A stretch of 64,000 nucleotides of DNA from Euglena gracilis (taxonomy: Eukaryota): NCBI GenBank assembly GCA_039621445.1, contig CP154954.1:33581455-33645454 (forward strand). Reading direction: 5' to 3'. Shown one piece after another: positions 50,301 to 60,420 of the stretch. Within the stretch, counting starts at the first letter, position 1; the number at the start of each line of letters is the position of its first letter. The position numbers and the translations under genes were made by a program. The notes under the pieces are model-generated. The model was not told the origin of the DNA and did not search any database. It saw only the letters and a list, made by a program, of their open reading frames with translations.

Positions 50301-51491
50301 GACGCGGTCGGCTTTGCCAGGGACCGGGTGAGAAGGGCTTGCCAAAGGGACCGGTGGAAACGGGATGGATACGGACTTTGCCCAGAAAGGCACAGCACAC
50401 AGCTTTCTCGGACATCCAATACTGGCTGCTACTGCAGCGGTGGCTTGGCCTGTCCATCCTCCCTTCAGGGGTCACGCTGCAGGGGTGCCCACTGTGTCGA
50501 GGATCCATTGACCCCTTCGGGGATCATTCGTCTGCTGCGAGCAGAATGGAAACACCGAACGGCACAATGCATTCCGAGATGCTTTTGCAGCGATGTGTGC
50601 CCTGTACAACATTGCGGTGGAGAAGGAGGCAGAGTGTTTGGCGAACAACAGACCGGCCGATGTTCTCCTCATCAACTGGTCACAGGGGCAACGAGGCCTT
50701 CGGACCTCTGCCAGGCGGTGCTGTTTGAGGTCACCAAAAGGGCCACCGCAGACATGCGGGGATGGCCAAAGACAAGGGCCATGCAAGAAAAGCAGGAAGC
50801 ACTACCGGTGACACTCATGCGCCACGTTGCGCGGCAGGTATCCGCCAGGGACCGCGTGGAGCAGGCCCTCCACCCATGGTAAGTCCCCAACCCCCACCGC
50901 AGACAGCACCAAAAGCGCGCAAGACCAAGACCAAGACAGCCACAACCCGCAAATCGCGGAGGTTCACCACGGAACCACCCCCCCAAAAGGCGCCCCCCCC
51001 CACAAAAAAAAACGAAGCCGCCAAAAAAAACAGAGCCCACACGCCAGGCGAAAGGTATCCGCCCAACGAGGCAACAAATGGGAGTGGAGCCGGCAAAAGC
51101 AACGCACACGCAAAGGGTAGCCCGCCCGCCCCGGACTCCACAAGGTGAGAAGAAAGTGCGCGCGCGACCCAGCAAGCCGGCTATAGCCCCTAAAAAAAAC
51201 GACGAAAACCAAGCAAGACACACACAGACAACCACCAACCGCCGCCCCCCACCTCGGCACGCTCCCACCTCTCCTCACCACACCGCCGACCAAACCGCAT
51301 GGGCCACCAGCCGGTGACCCTAGATCCGCCCTGCTTCTTACCCCTCCCACACACACGCTATATTGAACATGGGTCTTGCCCATTTCCCTCCCGCCTTGCC
51401 CTGTGTCAGCTGTGAAATACCATAACCTTCCGCGGACCCTCAAATCCAGTAGGCTGCGCAACTGGTGGGTGGTTCCGTTCGCCCCTCCACC
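47341..51491 (+). mobile_element. Duplicate of CRE element E, complete from SL-like head to 3' hairpin
   Basis: SL-like sequence 47341-47363; variant hairpin motif 51446-51491. Confidence 0.87.
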
Positions 51492-51499
51492 GTTTCCCT

Positions 51500-52026
51500 T
51501 CTGGGGACACAAACAAAACCAAACAAGAAATGCCGCAACAAGTGATATTCAAAACTATCGTTCAACAATTGTTACACAAAGAAAGGCGAGGACAAGGTAC
51601 AAGGACTGCCCGACCACCGGTACTCAACCCGTGGACCCTAAGATGTCCAAAAGTCCAAAATTCGAGGACATGGGACAAGGACTCTTTCTCACCCTCGCAC
51701 CACGCATGTACTTCACTGTAAAATATCTCACCCCTTTGGCAACGCGTTTTTCTTTCTGAGCAAAAACAACCAATGCTTTTTAACCAATTTTCCCACGCTC
51801 CAATGGTCAAAACCAAGCCCGAAGTCATAGAAAAGCCATAGAAAAGTTTATGGGCCTCTCGCCCATAAACAGCCTTCCCTGGAGCACCCATAACCTCCCA
51901 CGGGACCTTGGAGGAATTAACGGCATCCGGTACATGGCCACACCCCCGAACTCCGAGCTCTCCGAGTCCGAGCTCTGCTCAAACCAGTAGGCTGTGCCAC
52001 TGGTCGGTGGACTCGGTTCGCCCACC
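51500..52026 (+). mobile_element. Short non-coding retroposed fragment ending in the CRE 3' hairpin (5' boundary uncertain)
   Basis: Motif at 51984-52026; no recognisable coding sequence upstream. Confidence 0.45.
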
Positions 52027-52086
52027 AACGCAAATTTGTCAATTGTCGAAGTCTTTTAGTCACAACGAATGATTGTGCAGAACGGT

Positions 52087-52965
52087 GGTGGGGCGAACCA
52101 AATCCACCAACTAGTGGCACAGCCTACTGAATTTGAAGTGTACGGGGGGAAGGCTGTGCACAGATGGGGCGACCCCAAACATAAGGCATTGAGTATCATC
52201 CGGTTCCCAGGAAACCCAGAAGGGCGAAGAGTGGGTAGCATTGAGTGTCGTCGTGAGGCTGATGTAGGCTGAGAGGGCTGAAACAGGGCAGGAACGTGCA
52301 GTGATACAGGAAGAAGGACGGAGGCGGATGATGTGGAGAAGGAAGGGCAGGGGAATGGTGGGGGGTACTGGGGGACAGGCTATGAGACCAGGGAGATAGG
52401 AAGGCATTTAGCGTGTAAAGGGGCCTGGGGACAGCCCGTGTAGCCTGTTCAGAAGGCAGCGATGGAGCTCCTTTGTGATGAGAAGGGCACCGAGTTGTGA
52501 GGTGACTCCGGAGAGCAGTGCCAAAGAGTGGCCTTGTTGTAGTTCATCCAGGAACACGCTCCGCGCCCCACCTAAGGCCGTGGCCCCAAGGCGACGCTGG
52601 AGCTCATCCCACACGGTATGACTGTCTCCAACGAAGGACCCCAGACGCACAAGGTCAATGGGGAGAAGGATGCCCCCCGTGACTGGCAGCGGGCCCCATA
52701 CTTGGCCGTCTTCTTCTTAGCTATGCCGCGGAGGAGCTCCCATGAGGCGGGCAAGCTCCAAGCAGCACTGGGCGGTGAAGGGTGGTTTAGCCCACAAGTC
52801 AGCCCCCGACCAGTGTGGCAGGAAGATATCCGCGTCACCCTTCTGACCTGCAGCCACAGAAATCTCGAGGGCATAGGGATCCCCCGAGCCTGCACAGGGC
52901 ACCCAGAAAGTGCTGAACCCGGTGGTGGCGCTTCCACAACTTGTTCTTGTGGCAGCACAGAGCTT
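52087..52965 (-). mobile_element. 5'-truncated CRE element G (RLE remnant plus 3'UTR)
   Basis: ADIFLPHW, KKKTAKYGARCQSRGASFSPLTLCVWG; hairpin motif at 52087-52130. Confidence 0.8.
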
Positions 52966-52979
52966 ATCCCCAAACGGAT

Positions 52980-53500
52980 CCCTAACCTGCCCGCAACGTA
53001 GGGGGCAGGGTGTTCACCGCCGGTTTTCGCCGGCAGCCAAAAATTTCCCAGAAAGGTCAAAATACAAAATTGCTGGTAATAGCCAATCGGTTAGAGAAAT
53101 AAACCCAGGATAGAAATTGGAAGCAGGTCCAGTAATTGCTTCTTCAGGTTCTGTTTTTCACAAAACTTGAGCTGGTTTCCGCAATACTTGCAAAGAAGAA
53201 ATACATTGAGTTGGATTTGATCAATCATATTGCTGGTGAACTTTTAATCGGAGTTGGAAGTTACATTGTTGGTCATTGCATTGTTGGTTGTATTTATTGA
53301 AGGATTGTATTAAAGGTGCCTACAACACCACCACAACCACCTTCCCTATACCTCACGTCCTTGCCCAAGGTTTGGCCTCGCCGGTCGCGGGATCGACTGG
53401 CGGCCCACAGGGGGTGGGATTGACGAACATGGGTAGCAGAGGTCGGTTCACTGACTTCGTCAGTAAGGTTTTTTCAGATTCGGTGAACATCGTCGGAGAG
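52980..53500 (-). repeat. Diverged, inverted relative of part of the 5-kb tandem unit
   Basis: cggcagccaaaaatttcccagaaa and aacatgggtagcagaggtcggttcactgac match the reverse complement of unit sequence at ~15175-15195 and ~14560-14620. Confidence 0.65.
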
Positions 53501-56244
53501 ATCTGTTCCGTTGCGGTTCTCCGAAGAACGTGAAACTCCCGATTGACGTGAAAAGGCCGAGGAACCCGATCCCCGTGAGGAGGTCGAGCCCCTAGGGCTT
53601 CCAATAGGCTTTCACGCATCGGGATTCGGGCATTCCCGAGACATGTGACCAGATTTGTTGCACAAAAAGCACAGTTTATCCGTGCCTTGGTCCGAAGAAC
53701 GCTGATTCCGCGTGTTCGGTCCCGTGGTGGGTGATCTCGGTGACATGGGTGATTTTTGCGACGCATTAACCGCACCCGCAGGGATTCCCGCGGTGGGATG
53801 CGTTTGGAAAGCGGACTGTATTTGTCCCAAAACTTGTGTGAGCTTGAGCTGCTTTGACACATAATTCCAACGTTGGGCAAGAGTCATCTCATGCCCTGCC
53901 AACTCCTCGCGATGGATATCCTTCACGAGGGATGGTGTAAAATGCAACGAAACCGCATCGAATTGTTCGCGCACTTGCTTCTCGCTAAGTTCATCAACTT
54001 CGGAAGCAAGTGCTAACCATTTGGCATACCAAAGGTCAATGTATTTCTATTTGCGATCCGATGGCGCGGATTGCCGCCATTTCTTCTCCAGGGTAATCCT
54101 GGTGACCAGACTCGAGTTGGTTGAAGCGTATTGCTCAACCAGGTCATCGAATGATATGCCATTACGTATCACCAAATTGCGTGCGCGTTCTCGATGAATT
54201 CCATCTTGCCTACTTCGGGATTCGGGTACTGGGTGGGTCCCTTTAGTGCCCAGTAGTACTCCCAATCCCGAAAAAATTGTCTCCATGTGGTTGGATCCCC
54301 GTCTCATTGGGGCTTCACCTTATTCGCGATTGCGATGGTGCCCGTGAAGTCTCTCTGAGTAACCCGTTGACCGTCGGTGGTATTCCAGGGGTTTGGGTCC
54401 GGGTAATTCTTAACACCAAACGCGTTTCGCGGATTTTCTGCTCCATGTGTACCCCGTGCAGGATTTCCCGCACCAAGTGTAGCGGTGGCAGGATTTTCCT
54501 GCGGGAATTGCGAAAAATGTGGTGAATTTCTCCCGTTGGGGAGGGTTTCCCGCCGAAAACCCGATGGGTGATCTGGTAATCCAGGACCCGTTGGTGGTTG
54601 GTATGATCGCGAATGCGACACATGACCAATACCAGGTGAGGGGTGTTGGCTCATTCCTCGTACAAGGTTGGAATGTTGAATTTCTTGGTGGAGACTCGAA
54701 TTTTCGAGTGGTGGATCAATTTCCTCATAGGAAATGTCCTGTGAAAAGTGGGTTTGTGGTGTAGGCAAATGCAAAGATGGTACAATTTCGTTTTCGCGGG
54801 TGGTTGTACCAAATTCGCGGTGGATGTAGGGATTCCTACTCCAGAAATGGTAGTTTGAGAACGCGATTCCGGGACATTTGGAATACCAACCGCAGCGCTT
54901 ACCGCGGTGGGTGGTGTCACAACCGGTACCGGAGTGGACATTTTATCCAAACTCGCGGACAAGACAGGCACCGTTTCTTCCAAATGTTCCACCAACTGGA
55001 GTTGGCCGCAAATACGGTCAACCTCAGTCTCCAAATGCCTAATGCGTTTGCGGTAACGGGAAAAATCGTCCAAGTGTGGTAACTTGCCAGAAACCAAGTG
55101 TAAATCTTGGACAAGTTGTCCTTGGGACTCCTCCACATTCCGGAGTTGACCCGCAAGCGCTTTTACTGCATTTCAGACAATGTGCAAATGGTGGGATGAC
55201 GTGGTGGGGGCTTCCACGGTGGTGCGCGAATTTTCCGCATTGGTGGACATTGGTGGTGGACATTGGTGGTGGACATTGGTGGTCCGCAACGCATTGGTGG
55301 ACATGCAAAATCTGCTTGCTCAGCGGGTGATCCGCTGGGAGTTGAACGAGAATTCGGTAAACATCACCAGGGGTGAGGTTATCCCGCAAATCATCCCCAT
55401 AGTCCTCCACAATGGAAACGGTACCAGAGATTTCCGGTCCACCAGACGCATATCTGGATTCCAAGGCAATGCAGGGAAGACTGCAGTTTCCGCGGGTAAT
55501 CCCGGCAATGCGTGAAAGGGTGTGGGGGGTTGAAATTGAGGGGGGGTTGGAAAAAACACGGTGTTTCCACCGAGTTGCACTCAAAAAGGCCCACCGGTGC
55601 TTCCACCGAGGATCTTTTGGGTGTGAACAGAGCAAAGGGCAAATACCCCTCACTTTGTTCATGGGTAACCAGGTGTAAGGGTGCAAGGGGTTCATCCCCT
55701 CGCCGCATCAATGATGGGTGAACCGGGATGGAGGAAGGCATTTTGCCACCTACATCCCGCACAATCAATGACAATGATGATGAAGAGGGTTCATTACCCC
55801 CTTGCAACAATGAAGGCGTTTTCGCCTTGCGACAATAACAATTGGTGCAATGTGTCTTCCTGTTGCTTGGGGGGTCGTGAATTGGAACTTGTTTCATTCG
55901 AACCGTTCCAATCCCCACAATATTCATCAAGGTTGGTCAATGAACTCATCAACAAGTCATAATCAAATTTGTTGTTGGGAGGTTGTGCTCTGCATCTTTT
56001 GAGATGGGTAAAAAGGCAAAAACCCAAAAATTCACACAAATAAGCAGTGAAACAAGGACCAGAAAGGTTGTATCGGCGAATACCGAACAGAGCCTTTTGA
56101 GACCTGTATCCCTGCTTAAAGGTTGGCTAGGGGCCAGGAACAGCACTTTCACCGTGTTCCACGGCTCAGTACGATCCTCACCATCCTCACCAGAGTTTCT
56201 CTGTGTGGAACGTCTGTGTCTCGGATCTAGGATCGTTGCCTAAA

Positions 56245-56254
56245 TCTGCTACCA
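56245..56254 (-). other. Primer-binding site TGGTAGCAGA (initiator tRNA-Met type)
   Basis: Lies 2 nt after the LTR end (...TACA) on the minus strand. Confidence 0.8.
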
Positions 56255-56256
56255 AG

Positions 56257-56860
56257 TGTACGTCCAAGGCCTTCCCTTTGACCCCTTTTGTCCCGGAAAA
56301 GCCTGTTTTGCTTTCTCCTGGTGCGCACCTACTTAGGTGAGTAAAAATCCTTGGAGTAACAAAACCCCTTTTCCCAATTCCCCTGTGCTAAGGCAGAGCA
56401 CAAAGCAAGTCGCTGTGAAAGGACTTTCCTTCACAGTCGTGTCCAGTCCTTTCAGAGGTTTATCCTCTTACTTCAAAACAGTCAGAATGTGAAGAATAGA
56501 ATACCACCTGTGGGGAAAAGAGATCACGCGAGCACGTGTGGTACGTGTCGCTAATTCCCATAGGATCTGCCACGATCGTCAGGCTGTGTTCATCACAGCC
56601 GTCAGATTGTGACGGATCCAGACTCCGCAGGTTTCCTACAGAGCTGGGATCGTGCCTGGTACACAGTGTCTCCCCATTTTTCTTCCATGGAATTATTCCA
56701 TGGAGTTATTTTCTTATAGAATATATATATGGAGTTATTTTCTTATAGAATATATATTTTCTTATAGAATTATTCCATGGAATTATTCCATTCTTCCATG
56801 GAGTTATTTTCTGGGTAAGATGTTTCTGGGGGGTCTGGGTTGGGGGTGTTGGACATTGCA
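56257..56860 (-). repeat. Putative 604-bp 5' LTR with an internal AT-rich palindromic minisatellite (56683-56810)
   Basis: Termini TGTACGTCCAA...TTGGACATTGCA form an imperfect inverted repeat next to the PBS. No second copy in the window. Confidence 0.6.
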
Positions 56861-56914
56861 CCCCTAGGTCCCCTAGGGCTTGGGCCCTTGTAAAAGGAAT
56901 TTTTTTCTGGGGAT

Positions 56915-59900
56915 GTGCAGGATGTTGTTGCTCTGCTTCCAGGGGATCACCCCCTTGTGAGGCAGTTCAACCATGTGCAACAATGCGTTGCGGATTGTGC
57001 AACCGCACTGAACAAAGTGCTCCAGTTCGATGAGGACAACCAAAAACATGTCTTCACCAAGCTGGAATTCTGCTGGAATTACTTGCAGGAAGTTGGCAAA
57101 TATTGCCAGAGGAATTTCGAAAGTGCGGGTATTGACCTTGCAAACTTTCGGGAAACCTTTGACAAAATGTGCCAACAACTCCCGCAACACTTCCGGCAAA
57201 TTAGTGAATGCATGCATGAAGCGGAAACGCGGAATGACTCCAAGTTTCTGCACTTGCATGACTCACTACAACGGTTATCGGGACAAATGGAGTCCTGTTC
57301 ATCCGCGTTGTTGCATTTGCAACAACAGTTGCATGCACGAGATTCCTTGTCTGCAACATCCAGTAGTGGTGGATTTGTGTCTATGGACCATTTCACCACA
57401 TTGTCCGCAACTTTCCATGAATCGCAACACCGCATTATGCAGTTGTGCGATGAAACGGAAAAGTTTCGGCAATTCCAGTCACAAGCCAACGAGAATTTTG
57501 CTCCCCACACGTATGTGCGGCAGTTGGACGAACGACTTTCCCGTTTGGAGCAGAAAACCTGCTATTGTGACGCGAATCGGGTTGGATTATCCAATCTGAG
57601 CGCGAAAGTCGCGGAAATGGCACAACGGCAGGATTCCCTGCAGTTGCAGTTGCAATCCGACATTGGCGGGATTAACTCGGCCATTGCGGGTTTGCAACAA
57701 AGCTATTCCGCACTTTCCCACCGAGTTCCGGACATTAGCGGCATTCAGACTGCTATTGGGGAACTCCAGACCCGGTATGCATCGGTGTCTACCAAAGTAA
57801 CGGAAATGCAGTCTCTGCCTGCAGGTTCCAGTTCTCGGATGACCGAGAACCCTGAATTCAAGGCATTTTATGACGAAATGCTCACTAACAATCAGGAAAC
57901 CTTGCAAGATTTCTGCAACAGCCTATTACGGCTTGAGGAATCGGTGAATCGGAATGCCCGATACACGCAAAGTGAGATTACCAGGTTGGATGAGCAAATT
58001 TCCGCGTTGTTGGATAACCCACAACCTGGAAATTTGCCCATGGGTACCACAACCGTGTTGTCGGATAACCCTGCACCGGTTGCACCCACCACCACACCAA
58101 CCAAGGTGACATCACCTGTGCAGATTCTCTCAAATGCTGTAAAAGCATTAATGGGACAACTCCAATTATTGGATAAGTCTCACGGGAAACTTGTCCAAGA
58201 TGTTACCGGAATTTCCGAAAGGATTCCGCACTTGGATGACTTTTCCCGTTACCGTAAGCGTATTCGCGCTTTGGAGGATGAAGTTGACCGTATTTGCGGC
58301 CAACTCCAACTCGTTGAGCATTTGGAGCAAAGTGTGCATGACTTGTCTGTGGGTTTGGATAATGTGTCCAACCAACAGCGGGTTTCACACCGCAATTCGG
58401 CAGTATGCATTGCCGAAGATGCGCCAAATGTTCCAGAGTCGCGTTTTCATAACCCGGCTCTGGGTGCACATGCACCACCACCACCCGTGTCCCGAGTGTC
58501 ACAATCCGCGATTCCGCGAATTGTGCCACCATTGGCCTTGTCCACAACCCAAACCCAGTTTTCGGATGAATCTCCCATTACGGGAACCGAATTCGCGGAA
58601 AACACGGCGATTCCGCCAAGTCTCCACCAAGAAATCCATCATTCCATGCTTGTGCGTGGAATGAGCCAAACCCGTACACCGGGAGTGGGTCACATGTTGC
58701 ATGCGCGACATACCCCCACACCGGAGAGTCTCCCTATTACGGGTGACCAACAGGGTTTGCGACCGGATTTCCGGTACCAGGATTCACCTTCACCAGAAAT
58801 TTCGCGATTCCGACAAGAATCCGGAAAGGATACGCTTGGTGCTCGAGCGTACCCGGGCCCGAATCCACGGAATACCACCGAGGGCCAACGGGTTTTTCAG
58901 AAAGACTTCAAGGGTACCATCGCAATCGCGAATAAGGTGAAACCCCAGTGGAATGGTGATCCAACCACATGGAGACAGTTTTTCCGGGACTGGGAGTACT
59001 ACCTGGCATTGAAAGGGCCAACCCAGGACACAAACCCGGAGGTGATCAAGATGGAATTCATCGATTGCCTCCCTAGGGATGAGAAGGAGCGCGCGCGACA
59101 ACTCGTCATTCGCTACCGCGTTTCCTTTGATGACCTGGTGGAGCAATACGCTTCCACCAGTTCAAGTTTGGTCGCTAGGATTACCCTGGAGACCAAGTGG
59201 CGGCAATGCGCCCCACCCGATCGCAAATGGAAGTCCATTGACCTTTGGTATGCCAAATGGTTGGGACTTGCCGCTGAAGTGGATGAACTCAGTGAAAAGC
59301 AAATGCGCGAACAGTTTGACGCTGTTCTCATGCATTTCACGCCTAGCCTCATCAAGGATATCCACCGTGAGGAGTTGGCGGGTAATGCAATGACTCTTGA
59401 CCAACGCTGGAACTACGTTTCCAAGCAATTGAAGCTATCACAGCTTCTTGGTCAGATTCAATCCGCGTATACCGCACACCCAACCGCTGGATTACCGGCT
59501 GGTTCGGTAAACGCATTGCAAAAAACACCGGTTTCACCCACTTCACCCACCACGGGATCGAAAACGCGATACCCGCGTTCTTCGGACCACGCCACGGATA
59601 AAGTGTGCTTTTTGTGCAACAAATCGGGACATATGTCTCGGGAATGTCCTAATCCTGAAGCGTGTAAGCGTATTCAGAGTCCGCGAGGCTCGACCTCATC
59701 ACGAGGTTCGGGTTCCTCCGCGTTTTCACGCCAATCGGGCAATTCACGGTCATCGGGTCCCCGTTCCGGTGGTATTAGCCCCCGGATCCCGTTCCGCGAT
59801 GAGCGGAAACACGGTACCCCTCGGGGTAGGTCACCTGGTGCCCCGGCCAAGAAGCGTGATTCTCATCGCGAGACATCGCGATCGCGTTCGCGAAGCGGAT

Positions 59901-60337
59901 CATCTTCTTCGCGATCCTCATCGGGAAAACCCCGATACACCGGTCATGGTCGACGGGATACCCGGTCACCACGACGGTTTGACGGGAAATCGGGAAACCG
60001 ATCCCCCCGTTACCCAGACTCGCGACACAAATCTCGGTGTTCGCTTTGTGGATTGAGTGATCACCACTCATCCAAATGTCCGCGTTCTCGTTCTCCCCGC
60101 CCTGGCCAACGTCATCGCGGTATGAATCGCGGTGACAAGGGTCACTCCTCCAACCGCCATAAAGTCGGTTTCAAGATATCTTGTTTAGAGGATGACACCC
60201 CGGCTTCGGGCAGGGAGGGGGATGAGACCACGGATACCGATTTCGACGAGGCCCGCATGGCGGTGCGCACGTTGAAATCTGTTTATACCTCTAAAAGGCC
60301 CATAGCCGGCTATACGGCCGGTTCGGACCTGGAGTAG
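56915..60337 (+). CDS. gag: Gag-like protein: long coiled coil, capsid-like region, two CCHC knuckles, RS-rich tail; probably 5'-truncated
   Basis: 1140-aa ORF with CFLCNKSGHMSREC and CSLCGLSDHHSSKC; followed in frame by protease and RT. Confidence 0.88.
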   Translation: MQDVVALLPGDHPLVRQFNHVQQCVADCATALNKVLQFDEDNQKHVFTKLEFCWNYLQEVGKYCQRNFESAGIDLANFRETFDKMCQQLPQHFRQISECMHEAETRNDSKFLHLHDSLQRLSGQMESCSSALLHLQQQLHARDSLSATSSSGGFVSMDHFTTLSATFHESQHRIMQLCDETEKFRQFQSQANENFAPHTYVRQLDERLSRLEQKTCYCDANRVGLSNLSAKVAEMAQRQDSLQLQLQSDIGGINSAIAGLQQSYSALSHRVPDISGIQTAIGELQTRYASVSTKVTEMQSLPAGSSSRMTENPEFKAFYDEMLTNNQETLQDFCNSLLRLEESVNRNARYTQSEITRLDEQISALLDNPQPGNLPMGTTTVLSDNPAPVAPTTTPTKVTSPVQILSNAVKALMGQLQLLDKSHGKLVQDVTGISERIPHLDDFSRYRKRIRALEDEVDRICGQLQLVEHLEQSVHDLSVGLDNVSNQQRVSHRNSAVCIAEDAPNVPESRFHNPALGAHAPPPPVSRVSQSAIPRIVPPLALSTTQTQFSDESPITGTEFAENTAIPPSLHQEIHHSMLVRGMSQTRTPGVGHMLHARHTPTPESLPITGDQQGLRPDFRYQDSPSPEISRFRQESGKDTLGARAYPGPNPRNTTEGQRVFQKDFKGTIAIANKVKPQWNGDPTTWRQFFRDWEYYLALKGPTQDTNPEVIKMEFIDCLPRDEKERARQLVIRYRVSFDDLVEQYASTSSSLVARITLETKWRQCAPPDRKWKSIDLWYAKWLGLAAEVDELSEKQMREQFDAVLMHFTPSLIKDIHREELAGNAMTLDQRWNYVSKQLKLSQLLGQIQSAYTAHPTAGLPAGSVNALQKTPVSPTSPTTGSKTRYPRSSDHATDKVCFLCNKSGHMSRECPNPEACKRIQSPRGSTSSRGSGSSAFSRQSGNSRSSGPRSGGISPRIPFRDERKHGTPRGRSPGAPAKKRDSHRETSRSRSRSGSSSSRSSSGKPRYTGHGRRDTRSPRRFDGKSGNRSPRYPDSRHKSRCSLCGLSDHHSSKCPRSRSPRPGQRHRGMNRGDKGHSSNRHKVGFKISCLEDDTPASGREGDETTDTDFDEARMAVRTLKSVYTSKRPIAGYTAGSDLE

Positions 60338-60420
60338 GGGAGCCCGAGGTCCGAGGGCACGGACCTCTGGGCTGATGAACAGATGGAGGTAGGACCTGAT
60401 CAACCCTGCCCCCCCTGCCC
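60335..60420 (+). promoter_or_regulatory. Candidate gag-pol UAG readthrough signal (stem-loop, possible pseudoknot)
   Basis: TAG-GGG-AGCCC GAGGTCCG agggca CGGACCTC t GGGCT; loop GGGCA is complementary to TGCCC at 60407 and 60416. Confidence 0.55.

Larger units (their letters stand above)
33414..51184 (+). repeat. ~18-kb direct duplicate of 10228-28314
   Basis: Same junction (gccgaca|actctc) at 15213 and 38398, same element order, shared stops; differs by SNPs and indels. Confidence 0.95.
53530..56860 (-). mobile_element. gag: Decayed Ty3/Gypsy copy: LTR-PBS-gag, truncated after the zinc knuckle
   Basis: Frameshifted ORFs (53612-53974, 54047-54307, 54304-54774, 54651-55136) are homologous to gag 56915-60337; CFLCNKSGHMSREC. 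Confidence 0.88.

Noticed and set aside
55241-55300. 15-nt repeat (ggtggacattggt..) in the decayed gag
   Set aside because: Local slippage in a pseudogene.
60372-60380. Hammerhead core CTGATGA
   Set aside because: No properly placed GAAA or stems; no convincing HDV-like or hammerhead ribozyme could be folded by eye at element 5' ends either.
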